The notes: generated by a model not told the origin, from the letters alone. Positions 24,347 to 38,841 are shown, numbered from the stretch's first letter. The stretch is DNA of 64,000 bases from Paragordius varius (GCA_964247055.1 OZ176054.1:6882001-6946000), one strand, 5' to 3'. Program-made: numbers and translations.

Positions 24347-25588
24347 ATGTCAAATTTTATGCTTGAAAAAGAACATCTGTGGAACGCATTGCCATCAGAA
24401 TAAAAAGACTGAAATTTATATTAGCTAGCAGACATATATTGTCAACATGCTCTATCGATTAACACATGTGAAACATAGTTTGGAAATATTAAAATTTGTG
24501 GTTTCGCGTGAGAGAGTGTGGGCGCTCTGGAAGACCACACAACTTCGAAGACGATAAATTACAATGTTGTTGGATGATGACCCAACTCTATGCAACAATC
24601 GGCTATAGCATACCATGTATATAAAAAAATAATCGATGGATGTCTCAATGGGAAAGACCAAAAAACTTGGTAAATGGATCCAACACAATTTAAATGAACG
24701 CCAAATCGAAAACGACAAAGCGATGTGTAAACGCACAAAAATAAATCGTTTAATGCTGGGAAAGTGATTTATTTTGCAAATAATTGTGCCAAAAATCCTA
24801 GATTTCGCCATTCCAAGTCGGCCCATTAACACCAATGGCAAATCGCTTTGGCCAGATAACAGTGGTTGGTAGGACCAGAGCGACATTTTTTATGAACTTT
24901 CACAACGCGGTCAACCGCTAAAATACAACACTATCGCCAAAAAATGATTAATCACAGATTAACTGAAAAACGACCCGAATGGGCCAGAAGAAATGGCTTG
25001 GTCGATGAGGATTAACCACCTTTCGCTTTGATAGGAAATTCTTTGGGATTTGCTGAACTCTCCTGACCTAGCGCCATCTCGAGGCGTAGTTAGAGGGGGA
25101 AAGGGGGCTGATGCACCGGGCGCCATAGTTGGCCCCGGATTTGAAAATTTTTAATTAAAAAAATGGGCATTTAAAAGTTATTATTGTAAATAATACATAA
25201 AAATCACCCATTTATGAGTGATCATGATCACGGTTTGAATTTGATTATTTGTTTAAAATGTAAGGGTTTGCATGGCGGGAGAGGCACCATCACGATGCAC
25301 GGGGCGCCAGAAATGAAAGCTACGCCTCTGCGCCATCTTACTAATTCAACTTCGGATCAATAAGGCCCACCCTTGCAGACCAGTACTTCAATAATTTCAA
25401 AACATTGGAAAATAATTTAACAAATGGTTTGCTTCCAAAGTCAGTCAGTTTATCAGGCACAGCATTCACTACCCGGAAGCCAAATATTTTGAATCAAATA
25501 AATAAATCATTTCTCAAAATTTCATTTTCGATTGTAAAAAACTGGTAAAAATAATGAATACATTCGGTATATTTCCCGTCATCCCTTA
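24347..25588 (+). mobile_element. Decayed mariner transposon (Mos1-like transposase pseudogene)
   Basis: Fragments across frames: MSNFMLEKEHL, GRPHNFEDDKLQ, MGKTKKLGKWIQHNLNERQIE, ANRFG, DQSDIFYEL, KKRPEWARR, SPDLAPS, WFASK, KYFE. Many stops and frameshifts; TIRs not confidently paired. Confidence 0.88.
25080..25330. mobile_element. hAT-type MITE inserted in the mariner remnant
   Basis: TIR C(A)GAGGCGTAG...CTACGCCTCTG; 8-bp TSD CGCCATCT at 25072-79 and 25331-38. Confidence 0.88.
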
Positions 25589-27496
25589 CATTTAACAACA
25601 CTTTTTGGCCGTTTTTGTTTTAGCATTCTTTATTGTATAATCTAATGAATAAAAAATTTATTTTATTTTAAAATATTTTTGAAGTGCCATCTTATCTATA
25701 TTATCCAGAGAACAAAATAAATAAATATTATATTATTTTGCTAAAAAAAATTTTGAATAAATGGGCTGTTAAAATAAAGCGTAAAATTAATAAACGGGGT
25801 TTGTGATATAATTTTTTTTCCTTTTAAAATTTACCATCGATTTGTATAAAAAGGCGAACGTTTATTAGTGATTATACAAAAAAAATTCAAATGAGATTAT
25901 ATGTTTGTTAAAATCCAAAAAGTAGTGGGCTCAAAAATAGGGTGGTGAGTGCTATCATTTAAAAGTATGGTAAACTCGAAATGCGCTTACCTTAAAGTTA
26001 AGTCGCAAACACTGGTTTAATGTCTCTAATAATCGTATTCTTGGATCCTTTTTGAATTAAAATGTATATTTTCTCCATTCACTGTCGTTTCATTTATTAT
26101 AATTTTATTTTAGGCATATCATCCAATTTTTATATAAAATACAGATTAAGTGAAGAAATATAAACGGTATATGCATTAGACCAGCCACCAATATACAAAA
26201 ATCTAATACTTACAATAAATCGGATTATAATCTAAAAACGTATTTTTGGTAATTTACTTAAACAATTTGAGGGATTTTTAAGCAGGCAAGCGTTTCAAAG
26301 ATAATTGGAAATTTTATGGCGGACCCCCTTGAATTTCGGAATTACACGAAATTCGTTTAATATCTTCTATATACTCTTTGTCATTCCATATTATATTGCA
26401 TTTAGCTTTGATGTAGATATACGCACACATATTTCATTTCAAAAATAAATTATTTTTTATTGATTTTACAACAAAAACAAAACGCATTTTTACCTATTAT
26501 TAGTGTGCTATATGTACATACGGATATGCGCTAATTTTAAAATATGTATAATAATAATTTTTACAAATATTTTATTATATATTTTTAAATGCGCGCACTA
26601 AAATATAAAAATTAGGGACATAATCTAAACCGTGTATGACAAGTGTGCCAAAACTGTATAAATATAAAAATAAACCTGCTCAGTAAAAGGCGCAAAATTG
26701 TTTTTTTGCAGGACTTTAAATAATATCCAAAATTTATTCCATCAGTCTCAACAATGACAATACATGTATGTGTGTTTTGTTGTTTAAAAAGCACACTACT
26801 AAAAGATTGTTTTTGTTCGGAAATGCGTTTCCGTTATTAGTGCACAGATTTTATGAATTTTAGGCAAAAAAAAATTTTTGATTTAGTTTATATATGTACA
26901 TATATTAAACGACAATATTAAAAAGCTTAGGTATATTCATATCATAATAAAACTAAAAGTGAATAAAACAAAATAAAACATAATGCTTTAATTAGGCAAA
27001 GTTGAGAAGTATATATAAAATTTTTAGAGTACAGTACAGTACATTATTTTATATGTTAGGCATTTGACCTGAACAGGAGTCGTAAAATGTTGTAAATTTC
27101 AAAATCTAAATATCATTGAATTATGTCAAATTCCGAAATGCTCTATAGGAAAATCAATTTAAAATTTTTAAGATATTAAATCTGAGATTTATTATAGTAT
27201 TCGAAATTGTCAGTGTATGAATGATAAAATTGGTTTAGAAGGTCAATTATCATGTATTGTCTCCACCCACTTTATAGTAAATAATCCCTTTTTACAGGAT
27301 AAAAAAACCACTTCAACATCATTTATAATTAGCTCAATCTGGTCAAATGAATATAATTCAAGTGTCTAATACTATTATAAACTATTTATTATAAATTTTG
27401 TCGCTTTCATTTAACGCTCTAGAATCTGAGTATAAAATAAAAAATTAGGTTTATTTCCCTAAACACATTCTTTTGTCCAGATATGTGGGATATTTT

Positions 27497-27498
<2 letters not shown>

Positions 27499-27541
<43 letters not shown>
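27499..27541. repeat. (AT)n microsatellite
   Basis: About 21 uninterrupted AT units. Shorter (AT)n tracts occur near 2620-2650, 34150-34170 and 38845-38870. Confidence 0.95.
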
Positions 27542-27545
<4 letters not shown>

Positions 27546-29309
27546 CCAGTAACTGTGTAACAATGTTTCAAGTCTTAACATTATTTATTGGAACAATGGC
27601 AAAGCAGGAATGGAAAATGAAACAAAAAAACGTGTGAGAACTAAATGGAGGTGCGGGGACTCACTCAATTAAAAATCCATTAAAAAGCTTTTAATGAAAT
27701 TAATATATGTCTAATAATATAACAATAGCTACTAACTATATATTTATTGATGGAGCTTTAAATAAAATATAAAACACACACTATTGTTCAATATATATAA
27801 CATAAGACTACTCATTTTTATATCTTGTTTAATATTTATACGTATATTGTATAATAATAATTAACTGTGGTGAATTCAAGTGCCATTCGGAGTAGTTTGG
27901 TATCATGACAGGAGTATAATCCACATATTTGGAAAAAAAGATTAAATGATAAATAAAAACGCATATTTAAGGTATAATTTAGTTTGAAATTAATATATGT
28001 ACGTACTTTATGCATGGAAATTTGAAAATTTACTGTTGCTGTCTAAAAACTTAGACATTAATGGCGTTTTAATATATTGGCCCAAAGTTTTTTTAATTAT
28101 CTTTTCATTCAAAATGTGATTCACTGTGAACAATTCACAATCTTTTTTGCACAAAAAAATAAATTGATATAAATTTTCGCTATGTAGGGCTTGGCAGTCT
28201 TTTCTGGGTTTCTTTATGAAGTATTAAAATATATAGCGATAAACACTACTAATTATATTTGCGGATATTTTCTAAATTTATATATCATATTTTAATTTTG
28301 ACAAAACTCACAAATCTTTTTTTGTAATTCCATCGAACTCGAATCAAGCTGGGAAGAATAGGCTTTGCATAATAATTTTATGATTTCTCTAATATATTAT
28401 GTGCCCCAAAAAATATAAGGCAAATGACTCTTTCATCCCAAAATTCTGATTGTAGAAATATACTATACGCCTTATAATTAGAGGATTTATTAAGTCATGT
28501 TGCAGAGTTCATTCTCTAAAAATCGTTACAAAATAAAAAAAGATAATACTGTAATTTATAAATACATTCTAAGCACTAAAAAAGCGCCAAAATTAGGTAA
28601 GCCTCATTGATTTAATTTTATTTCCTGACATATATATGTATTTATTTTGTTAGGTTCAAAAAAACATTTATAAATATTTTTACTGTTTTAATACAGTATA
28701 TAAAATCGTACATTTCTGTTATTTTGCATATTACGAAAACAAAGAAAATTCATACCAACTAAACAAAATGTATATAATATATATATACATATACATAAGA
28801 AAAATGCCAATCATTATTAAAAAATATATCCTTAAATTTTGTTATACATAGTATCAGATTCTCAAATTTGTCCTTTCTTATATCTGTTCATATATATATA
28901 TATATAATCTATGTCTATTTTTTTAAGTTACAATTTTCCATACAATTTTAATTATATTTTTTGAACTAAATGTATTTTCGAGAAATCTAGATTTTAGAAA
29001 TTAACAATTTTTTAATTTCTGTCAAATGCCATATTGATTCTTGAATATCACTAATTTTTAGTCAGAAAATATGCTTTCCCAAACTCAGTATTTAGAATTT
29101 CTTATCAATATCAATGGCCGATAGTGCAAACAAACTTATGTCAACTTGATAAATAGTTTATTAAACGATTCTTGTTTCGCACTATATTACCATTATTCTC
29201 TCTTACTTCTTCTGTAATTCAACCAAAAAAATATATATGTAAAATAGATGATTCTATTCCTACTCTAATTGTCTAAATTTCGAAACCAAATTATTATCTC
29301 CTTTGTTTA

Positions 29310-32300
29310 ATGAAAATGGAACAACCTATTAATACAAAAAACTTAACTCTGGCACCACCAATTTGTGCCGGTTGTAAGGGGGAAATCCGAGATCAATTTA
29401 TGTTACGCGTTTCCCCAGACATGGAGTGGCACTCAAAGTGTCTCAAATGTGAAATTTGTCGCCAAAGTTTGGATGAAAGTGCGTCCACTTGTTACGTTAA
29501 ATACGGCAAAACGTATTGTAAAAAGGATTATTACAAGTAGTATTGTTTTTTATGCTTGTTTCAACTTAATTTTTCCAAAGAATATGTAACTTTACTCTTT
29601 TACACAATTATACAATATGTATTTATTAACATGAATTTACATGTGGGTTAGCTAACTAAATATATTGGCGGTTTTTTATTATTTTTACGTTTTGGACCAA
29701 ACATTTGAAAATAAAATTGTTTAAAATAGTTAAATCACTCACGAATTTTTATCTAATAGATTTATTTGAAAATCTAATAGGTTTTTTAAATAAACAACCA
29801 ATTTTTTCTGAAGAAACGTCAATCAATTTTTTGCATCTTAAATTCATTGAAATGAATGTATATGCATGAAAAAATTTAATTTTGTCAGGATTATGGTAGT
29901 TAATAAATATTATAGTTCTTAGAATTGGTTGGTAAATCAATTATTTTTAAATTTCATGTCTATTTTAAATTTTTTAAATAATTGCTATCATCTATAGTAA
30001 AACTTTTCAGCCGTAATTTAAATTTTTAATAGGGGGTAAAATTACAAAATAAATAAATTTTAATTAAACGCTTTAGAGATTGAAATTTTGACGACTTAAA
30101 TCACTAAATATACAGTATCTAAAAAGTTATATAATTAATCAATTCACATTACAGCTTATTTGGTGTGCGTTGTAATGGATGTGGTTTACCATTCACCAAA
30201 TCGGATTTAGTGATGAGAGCTAAACAGTTGATATTCCACACACATTGTTTTCAGTGTTGGACATGCCATAAACTATTGCTGCCTGGAGAACAGTTTACGC
30301 TAAAGAGCCCGGAAAATTGGCTTTTTTGTACGTTTCATATAAATGCAAAATCTTGTGGTACAACTTTTTTTGAAACCATAAGTAGCGCAGATGATAATAA
30401 CATGTGCAGTAAAACATACTTCTCCAGTTACAATTATGATTATTTAAGCAATACTTGTGCCCAAAGTAATGGGTACTTAGACAGCATTTCCCTTTACCCA
30501 AATGATAAAAGGGGCGATTTATTCTGGCCCCAACCCATATCAAATAATGGCGTTAGTGATATGACAAATGGTATAGGTAATCAAAATTTTTGGACCGTAG
30601 AACATAGTTCAAGTTTGAAGTTGGGTTCCCAACCTAATACATCATTAAGTTCCACCGCTTGTGTTGATACCTTTTTTGAAACTGGCGGGAAAAACACAGG
30701 CCCCACCTTTGGAGAACTAACTGACACAAATCTTGGCAAAGAGAACACTATCCGAAAGACACCATCGAACGATGAACCTTTAAAAAATTATGAAAGAAAA
30801 AATGAAGATGAAGAATTTGATATATTTCAAGAGAATAATACGACGAAACTCATGTCTGGCGGCAATATCTCGTCCGCCACAATCAGTACAAAAACATCAA
30901 CCAATTATACATCACTTTTAGATTTAATACCTTTGGCACCACCTATACCACACTCACAGCTAATGGACGAGAATACGGACAAAAGCAAATGCAATTTTAT
31001 GTTAACTTCACATCCCTCAGAATATATGTTTAGACAAAGAAATATGATGGAGCCGTCAATCGAATCTCTTGATAATAAGCACGAATTTTTTGTTGACCCG
31101 ACTGTAAAACGACAAAAATTGGAAGGTGTAGAAGACACTTCGTTCCTGATAGATGATGACGACGAGGATGATATTACTGGACCGGCAGACGAGATGATGG
31201 ATGACAATAGTTCAGATATTTTAAGCAATAACAGTAGTTCTATCATATATAACAACAATAATAATAGCAAAAACAATTTAAACATTTCCTCCAATCATCA
31301 ACAACCAAATGGGATAAATCAAATGAATGGACATACCTCCCATCCGCATAATGAATCCAATTGCAATGATTTACCATCGTATAGTTCAGCAGGCCCCATA
31401 AACTCTACACCGATGTCCAATTATATAAGGGATCACGCTACCAATAATATGCGACCACAAGGAAATACAGCGGGTCTTTATCGGGGTGGAAACCATCATC
31501 CACTTTTCTATCACCATCATGGCAATCATCATCATCCTCATCGTTACCACGGAAACCATCACCATGGTAACGGGAATAGTAGCAATAATAATCTTGATAA
31601 CAACAATAATAATAAGGTGACACGAGTTCGAACCGTATTGAATGAAAAACAGCTGCACACCCTACGGACCTGTTATAATGCAAACCCACGTCCCGATGCC
31701 CTGATGAAGGAACAGTTGGTAGAGATGACGGGATTAAGTCCCAGGGTTATACGCGTTTGGTTCCAAAACAAACGGTGTAAGGATAAGAAAAGGCAAATCC
31801 TCATGAAACAAATTAGCCAAGCACATGAAAAGGTATTTAATGATTTACTATTGCAATAAGTCTTTAGTTATTCACATTTTTTTTGAGAAAAGCAAATAGG
31901 CAGATACATGCTTATACAGTAACGAAACTATAGAACCACGGCATTAGAAGCCATCGGTTAAAAGGGACTGGTTTTTTTCTTTTTTTGTTTTTTTTTGGGG
32001 GGGCTTGAGATATTTTAAAGTTATTGTCCTGCTATTGTTGACTTATATTCTTTTGTTATATTTTAATTAGATCATAGTAAATGGTTCGGTACAATAATTT
32101 AAGTTAATCGAGTTATTGGTCTATAAGTTTCAATATGCGGGCACCCCGTCTCCTAAGGTTTCTAAATATAAAAAAACATAATGGATAAAAATGACCCATT
32201 TCGTATGGCGAATCCCCCAAATCCGTTTGATATAAGGAGCCTAATACCGTAAAATATAACCATTCACGTTTAATTTTAAAATATAAAAGCGCGTACAAAC

Positions 32301-34362
32301 TCTATCTGCTTAGTTTAGACAAAAAATACTAATTATTGTATTAACATCGTAATTAACCAAGAGCTATGTTTAATCGGTTAACCATTATTTACAAAGATGC
32401 CAAAATTCGCTGTATATAATGATGAATCTAGAAATTATTATATACCTTAATTTTTTAAATATGAAAATAATAAGCTTTTAATTTTTTTTATTTTTAAGAA
32501 GTTTTTAACAATAGACATTCATTATTATATCAATTTAAATATAAATGGAAATATACTCGTGTATAGCATTCACACATTAAAATTTAGTCGCACACGTCTG
32601 CTTTTGAACGTGAATATGGTCCGACTGGTCGTTATTTTATGACATTTTAAAATCAACAATATTGTATTTTTAAATTAGAGTGCTTATAAGTTTTTTCTTA
32701 TGGTCAACAGAACAATTACTATTTGATTCGCCATAAGTTGTATTTTTCTAAGATATTAGGCCTTATATTTTGTTTTGTAAAATCAACCATCTTGTATAAA
32801 AAAATATTGGATAATTTAAACGCTTTAAATAACCTGCTTAGCATTTATTTATTTCGTCTACCTGCTGATACCTGTGTATTGAGAAAGATTATAAAAATGG
32901 AATATATATATAATACATCATGCGCACTGAGGCAAAAACATTGATCATTAAAACAAAATGAGTGTTTTGCCTGCATTTAGGAACATATAACGAAAAGCAC
33001 TTAGCTTAATTGTTTTTTAAAGTGTTTATATTATATTTTTATTGGTTGTTAAAATGTGTTGTATTTATTTTTTACCTGTGCATGCATTTAGTATATAATA
33101 AGAGAGTGCATAAAAATTGATCATAACATGCACAAGGGAGTATATTAAAATTAAGGCTGAATTTATCGATTCAAACCTAATCTCAAATGTATGTTCAAAA
33201 AAGAGAAATTAAATTATACACCTAAGGATTTATTAGAGAATGTATAATAAAAACTTTTTATTGTAAAGGACCGAGAAATGTATTTGTATTTAAAAAGTTA
33301 TACGGTTAAGACTATTTGTACAATCTATATTTTGATTACATTATCTGTAATTTAGATGATTTCCTCTGGGAATTCACCCTAACATTTAACTTAACTTAGC
33401 GTCGCTGTTTTTGACACTTTTATTACAGCAAGAATTATTATACGATTGGTAATAAAAAATAAACTTATATAATTTATCAGAGATTGGAAATGAAACCGTT
33501 TCTAAGTCCTAAACGGTTTTAAAAAATATATAAAATATTCCTTTAATTTACTATTTTAATATAATATAAGCTTGTTTTAAAACATTAATTTATTTGAAAT
33601 ACAAAATTATATACTCTTAATTTCTTTCCAGAAAAGAGTTGAATGAAATTCGTTTATTAACATTTAGCTCTTGAATCACATTTTATCAAAGTGATTTGGC
33701 TATTTGTAATTTAAAAACAATATAAACCAGAAGCCCTATTCATAAACCAATGCAATCGAAACCACGGCTCTAAAGCAGAAGAGGGAAAGGGGGGCTAAAA
33801 TTTTCTAAATTTATTTGGAAAAAATAGGTATTTAAAAGTTATTTTTTAAATAATACATTAAATATCACCCATATATGAGTGATTATGACCACGCTTTAAA
33901 ATTGATTATTTTTTTAAAATGCAAGGGATCGTATAGAGGCGAGGGGTACCATATAGGATTCATGTACCCGGTACCAGAAATGCAAGCTACGTCTTTGCTA
34001 TAAAGGTTCCTCTTAGCATCTCTAGGGAACCAACCTGGAAAAGGATTAAAAAATTTATGTTAAAAGTGTGGCAAAAATCTGATTTACTGTAAAACAACGC
34101 AATCTATTTAAGCTTTACGAATAAATAAGTACATTTAGATATGTTAAAATATATATATATATATATATATACCCTAATTAATGCCTCCCTCATTTAATTT
34201 GCTCTTTAAATTTTATCTAATACTTTTGAAATTATTTTTTTGTAGGGCTTGACCTCGTTACATGGAATACCTTTAATTGCACACAGTCCAATCCATCATG
34301 AATTAAATGCCAATATGCCATATCACATGGAGATACAATCTTTCCCTCTAAATTCTAATTAA
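29310..34362 (+). CDS. ISL1: Islet-class LIM-homeodomain transcription factor (ISL1/2, tailup ortholog), about 673 aa; exons 29310-29536, 30155-31832, 34246-34362
   Basis: LIM1 CAGC...[22 protein letters not shown]...KTYCKKDY splices in phase 2 to LIM2 LFGVRCNGC...FHTHCFQC. Homeodomain [58 protein letters not shown] is near-identical to Islet. Last exon [13 protein letters not shown]...MEIQSF matches the Islet C-terminal LIM-binding region. Start codon less certain. Confidence 0.95.
33762..33997. mobile_element. Degenerate copy of the CAGAGGCGTAGC hAT-type MITE in Islet intron 2
   Basis: Shares AAATCACCCAT(T/A)TATGAGTGAT and CCAGAAATG(C/A)AAGCTACG with 25080-25330. Confidence 0.7.
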
Positions 34363-37300
34363 AAACACCCCCCAAAAAAATCTTAAAAAGCAATAACTAA
34401 TTAATTTATCATAAAATTTTATTGAAAATTAAAATTTTTTTTTTAAATATATTACTACTAGTCAAAATTTTTAAGTTAATAATTATGTTTTAATATCATT
34501 TTTTTTAAATAAATGTTAATCAAATGTGACGACGCAATATAGAAAACCAAAATTTACTATGTATATATACACATTCACTAATATATTATAATATATGGAT
34601 TGATAGAAAAGCAGTAATATTATCATTATAAATATTTAAATAAATTTAAATATAATTTAATTTTTGAAAATAAAATAAAGCAATATTTGCTAAGGAATCC
34701 TAATATATAATTATTTTAAATTGAATATGCGAGTAAAAAAACATATTTTTGCGGAAACAGAGAGTTTAAATAAAAAAAACTACTTGATCGACATTATGTC
34801 ACCAATTAAGTAAATAAACCTTTATACATTCTTTGATTCAATTTATTTTAATTTTTTAAATTAAAATATTTAAGTTATTTTTTTTTATCGAAAGGAAATA
34901 ATTAACAACTCATAATCTAAATTTTACAATATAATTTAACAAATTATGTCAACTCGACACAATGTCGCCCCAAAAATGAAGAGTTTCCTATGCTTATTCC
35001 TTATTTAATTTGAAAGAATATTTTGTATTAAAATTAATATTTAGAATAAAACAGACATATATCACAAGGCTTTTATAAAGAATTTATGTCTATGCTATTT
35101 TAATTGTTTTACGGAATATTAATATGCATATTGCGACACTAGGCACTTAAACACTCCCTTTTAGCCGTTTCATTGAAAAAATTATCATTTTTTAACAATC
35201 AGTTTTTAAAAATATACCATTAAAACCACAAATAAATTTCTTTAGCAGTTGTAAACTCTATATTTTAAAAATTTAACAAAGGCTTACAAAATTTATTAAA
35301 AATGTTTATGTTCAAGCTTTTCATACGAAAAAGCTATTCAATTTAATTTTTTTGCAAAAAAATATATATTCCAAATCAATGAACCAGTTGTTGGCATTTC
35401 TTCAAATGAAATGTTTCAAATTATATATATCTCACTCTTATAATCCTCTTAAATATTCTTAAATATTTTTGGAAAAAAATATTTTTTCAAAAATTTGTGT
35501 ACATGAAGATAACCAACCAACTAACTAACCATTAAATCTGTTAGAATCATTAGGATTCATTCGATTAACATATCCATAGGCATATGAGAGTGATATTTTA
35601 TTTTGATATTTTCGAATCCAACCTATTTATAAGAGTTATGTGGTGGATAGTATTCATATATACCTAACATATGTTAGCAAAAATTATAAAATTCTTACGT
35701 CTTGCATAAATATTGATAAAATGTTTAATTTTTCCGATCTCGAAAATATTTAAAATGCAATACTATATTTTCAATTGTATTTGTTAAATAACGATAAAAT
35801 ATGATTTTTTGAATATTAACTATTAATAAAATCATAAAAGTAATATTAATAGTAAGTGTACTTACTATCAATAAAAATTTGTGGCACCAATTATTGAATA
35901 TTTTCCAATTCAAATAACTTTTTATTTCGCATGATTTATAACCCACGGGTGCTTCATACTAAATCTCTTTACTAAATGCATATCTACCAAATTGTTTTTC
36001 AATTTATTTTTAATAATTTGAATATTTTTATTTGAGAATATAGATATAAACATTTTACTGGAAGATTTTTTTATTTTAGATGATTCAGAATATTATGTAA
36101 TTGGATTAAATATCACCAAAATATGTTATGTAACTAGATCCTTTGTTAAGTAAAATATGATAATAGATGGAAATGTGTCAAAGGATGGACCCTTATCAGA
36201 TTACATGCAGAAAATATACATGTATTCAAGAGGATATTTTAATATTGAATTTCTATTTTTGATTTAAAAAATTCTTTTTAATTAAATTAACCTGATATGT
36301 TTGATTTATTTCATATAATAAAATATCTTGTGTCATTCTAAATGTCATTATCAGTTATGTAATGTAAAATGAAAGTAAACCCTTATAATTTAAAAAATTT
36401 ATACAAATTTTATTCAAGTATAAATTATATATTATCAAAAATTTGATTGACATGTAAGAAATGTGCTAAATGTTAAAAAAGTGTAAATTTTTGGTTTTAA
36501 GGCAAAATACCGAGTCATCTTTTATTAAAAGCGTGAATTAAGCGCCATATTAATGTAAAAATAGGGTTTTTCGAAAATACAAGTTCATAAAATATATTTT
36601 TAACGCAATGTTCAAGTGAAGTCTCATTTCGACTCCATAAACCGATCATTATTGGGCAACATTTTAGAATTTACTGGCTCCCCCAACTCCTTAAAATCAG
36701 ATTAAAAAGAATAATATAAGGATGTAACGGTTTTCCTTTTTATAATTTAAGGTGACTGAGATTTCGTATTACATTGCGCCATATATCCCTTAATTATTAT
36801 GTGGATTTTAAGTATAATTTCTCTTTAAAATCCTAAAGGCCTATAATTTAAATATTATGCTTATATCATTCCAAACTATAATCAAACCCTTTATATAATC
36901 TCCCGATCTTTTGCAATTCATAGGTGTGATAATAGCATAAAGGTTTGGACAGATATATTTCGCGTGACAAGGGTTATAATATGCTAAAAAACGATTCTCC
37001 ACATTAGCCCTGAATAGGATTGCCGAGACATTCGTTTATGAGACGGTTAAAATTAATTCCATTTTCAATTTTGATGTTATATGCCAGACTTAATTTATTA
37101 ATTATCATTATTTTCTGGTCGGGACAAATTTTTAAATTTAAACAGATTTGAATATAATTAAGAATAAAACCGATAAAAAATATATACAAATTCAAAATTA
37201 TATTTACAGATATGAAAGCTATTTTACAAACTTATAAAGCTAGAAACAGGGTTTAATTATCAAAACTCCAGTAATATGTATCCAGCTACCCCCGTCTATA

Positions 37301-37521
37301 TTTTCTATTGATTATAGACATATTTTTCGCAATGTAATCAACGGTAAGAATACGGTTTGCTTTGTGGCTAAAATAAAGCTGTTTTTAGCCATTTAAATAG
37401 CCTCGCTATATCAAAAAGGATTTTTACGGATACTAGACCGTGCTTTTTTATCTTTAAGACTGATGATAGATGTAATTTGTCAAGCAAAATATCCCAAACG
37501 GGTGGGGCTAAAAGAAGGGTT

Positions 37522-37761
37522 CAGTGTCGTAGCTCAGGGGAGCGGGGACCGGGTGCCATAGTTGAAGGGGCACCGGATTAAAAAAAATTTTTTTTTAAAA
37601 GTTTTTATTCTAAAAAATACTTAAAAAACCAGCCATTTATGAGTATACAGTTTGAATTGTATTATTTTTTATAATGCAAGGGGTGGCACATGGAGGGTAA
37701 GGAAGGGAGACGCCATCACGGATTCATGCACTGAGCGCTAGAAATGCAAGCTAAGCCTCTG
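37522..37761. mobile_element. Third copy of the CAGAGGCGTAGC hAT-type MITE
   Basis: CAGTGTCGTAGCT...GAAATGCAAGCTAAGCCTCTG with an internal match to 25080-25330; no intact TSD. Confidence 0.75.
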
Positions 37762-38035
37762 GTCTGATTCAAAAAATGGCTCCATCATGATCAGCGCATT
37801 AATAACGAAAATATATTAGGCCAAAATGAATTGTGGGGGCTAATTCAAAATTCAAGAAGCAATTTTTTATTTGACGCTTACATAAATAGCGAGCTCCACC
37901 CACATAGAGCTCTAAGAGCATTCCATAAATTTTTATTCTTTGTTAAAAAAACATTATTTTTACAGGGGGTGAAGCGAAACTTATGGACTAAATAAAATAA
38001 TGGGTCGATTACACTAGGCGCATTAAATAAATTAA

Positions 38036-38107
38036 AAATATTTTTTTGGATGTAATGATTCTGCAAAAACCAAATATTTTTTTGGATGTAATGATTCTGC
38101 AAAAACC
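38036..38107. repeat. Perfect 36-bp tandem duplication (2 copies)
   Basis: AAATATTTTTTTGGATGTAATGATTCTGCAAAAACC occurs twice in tandem. Confidence 0.92.
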
Positions 38108-38635
38108 TCATTTTTAACCAACATTTCCCGCTCTACGGTATATTTATAAATGAATAATAAGATTAAAATTGATGTTAAAGTAAAATCTAATCAAGACAGT
38201 ATGTATATTTAGATACTGGAGGCTACTGTAAAATCCAAAATATTTATTAATGTCGACACATTGTCTTACATGGAAAAGAAAAAAAATAAAAATATTATAT
38301 GGTCGGTAATGTGATTAAAAATACAAAGAAAACTTTTTTTGTCATACAATTTGTATATGGAATATTTTTTAAACAGCAACTTCAAAAGAACAAGACTTTA
38401 GTTATAACGTTTTAGTGTAATTAGTATTATTATTTATAATAATTATATATTTTTAATATTTTACGAAGAAGTTAATAATGATAATTAATGCATTTAAAAA
38501 AATATATATGTATTTCAACCCTTTTGACGCTTGTGAGTTTAAGCAATTTGTATGTTCCCTAACGCTAAGATCATGCTGAAAAATATTATATTCCTTTGTT
38601 TTACATATTGGCTAAATAAGTTGATTCATTCAGCC

Positions 38636-38841
38636 CAGCGGTGACCAACACAAATTGCTTTAGAGGGCGCATTTCTAACTCCGAAAAAAACGGCGGGCCG
38701 CAAATATAAAAAGAAATGGCAAAAAATGCTAACAATCGTTAAATGACTATGAGCCAGGAATACCCAAAACATTATGGCTTTGCAGACCGCATATTGAAAA
38801 TATATATGGACTTTATTTAACTCTAAAAAATTGCATACACA

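Noticed and set aside
24452-24886. 144-aa minus-strand ORF
   Set aside because: It is the antisense shadow of the decayed mariner transposase.
27590-27660. Exon-like MENETKKRVRTKWR|GT as an upstream Islet exon
   Set aside because: The downstream acceptors I tested before 29310 gave immediate stops, and the similarity to a homeodomain arm is only 5 residues.
30295-31689. Minus-strand ORFs overlapping Islet exon 2
   Set aside because: They are antisense to low-complexity coding sequence and show no recognisable domain.
36900-37500. Faint LINE RT-like peptides on the minus strand
   Set aside because: Motif matches were too loose to distinguish from chance.
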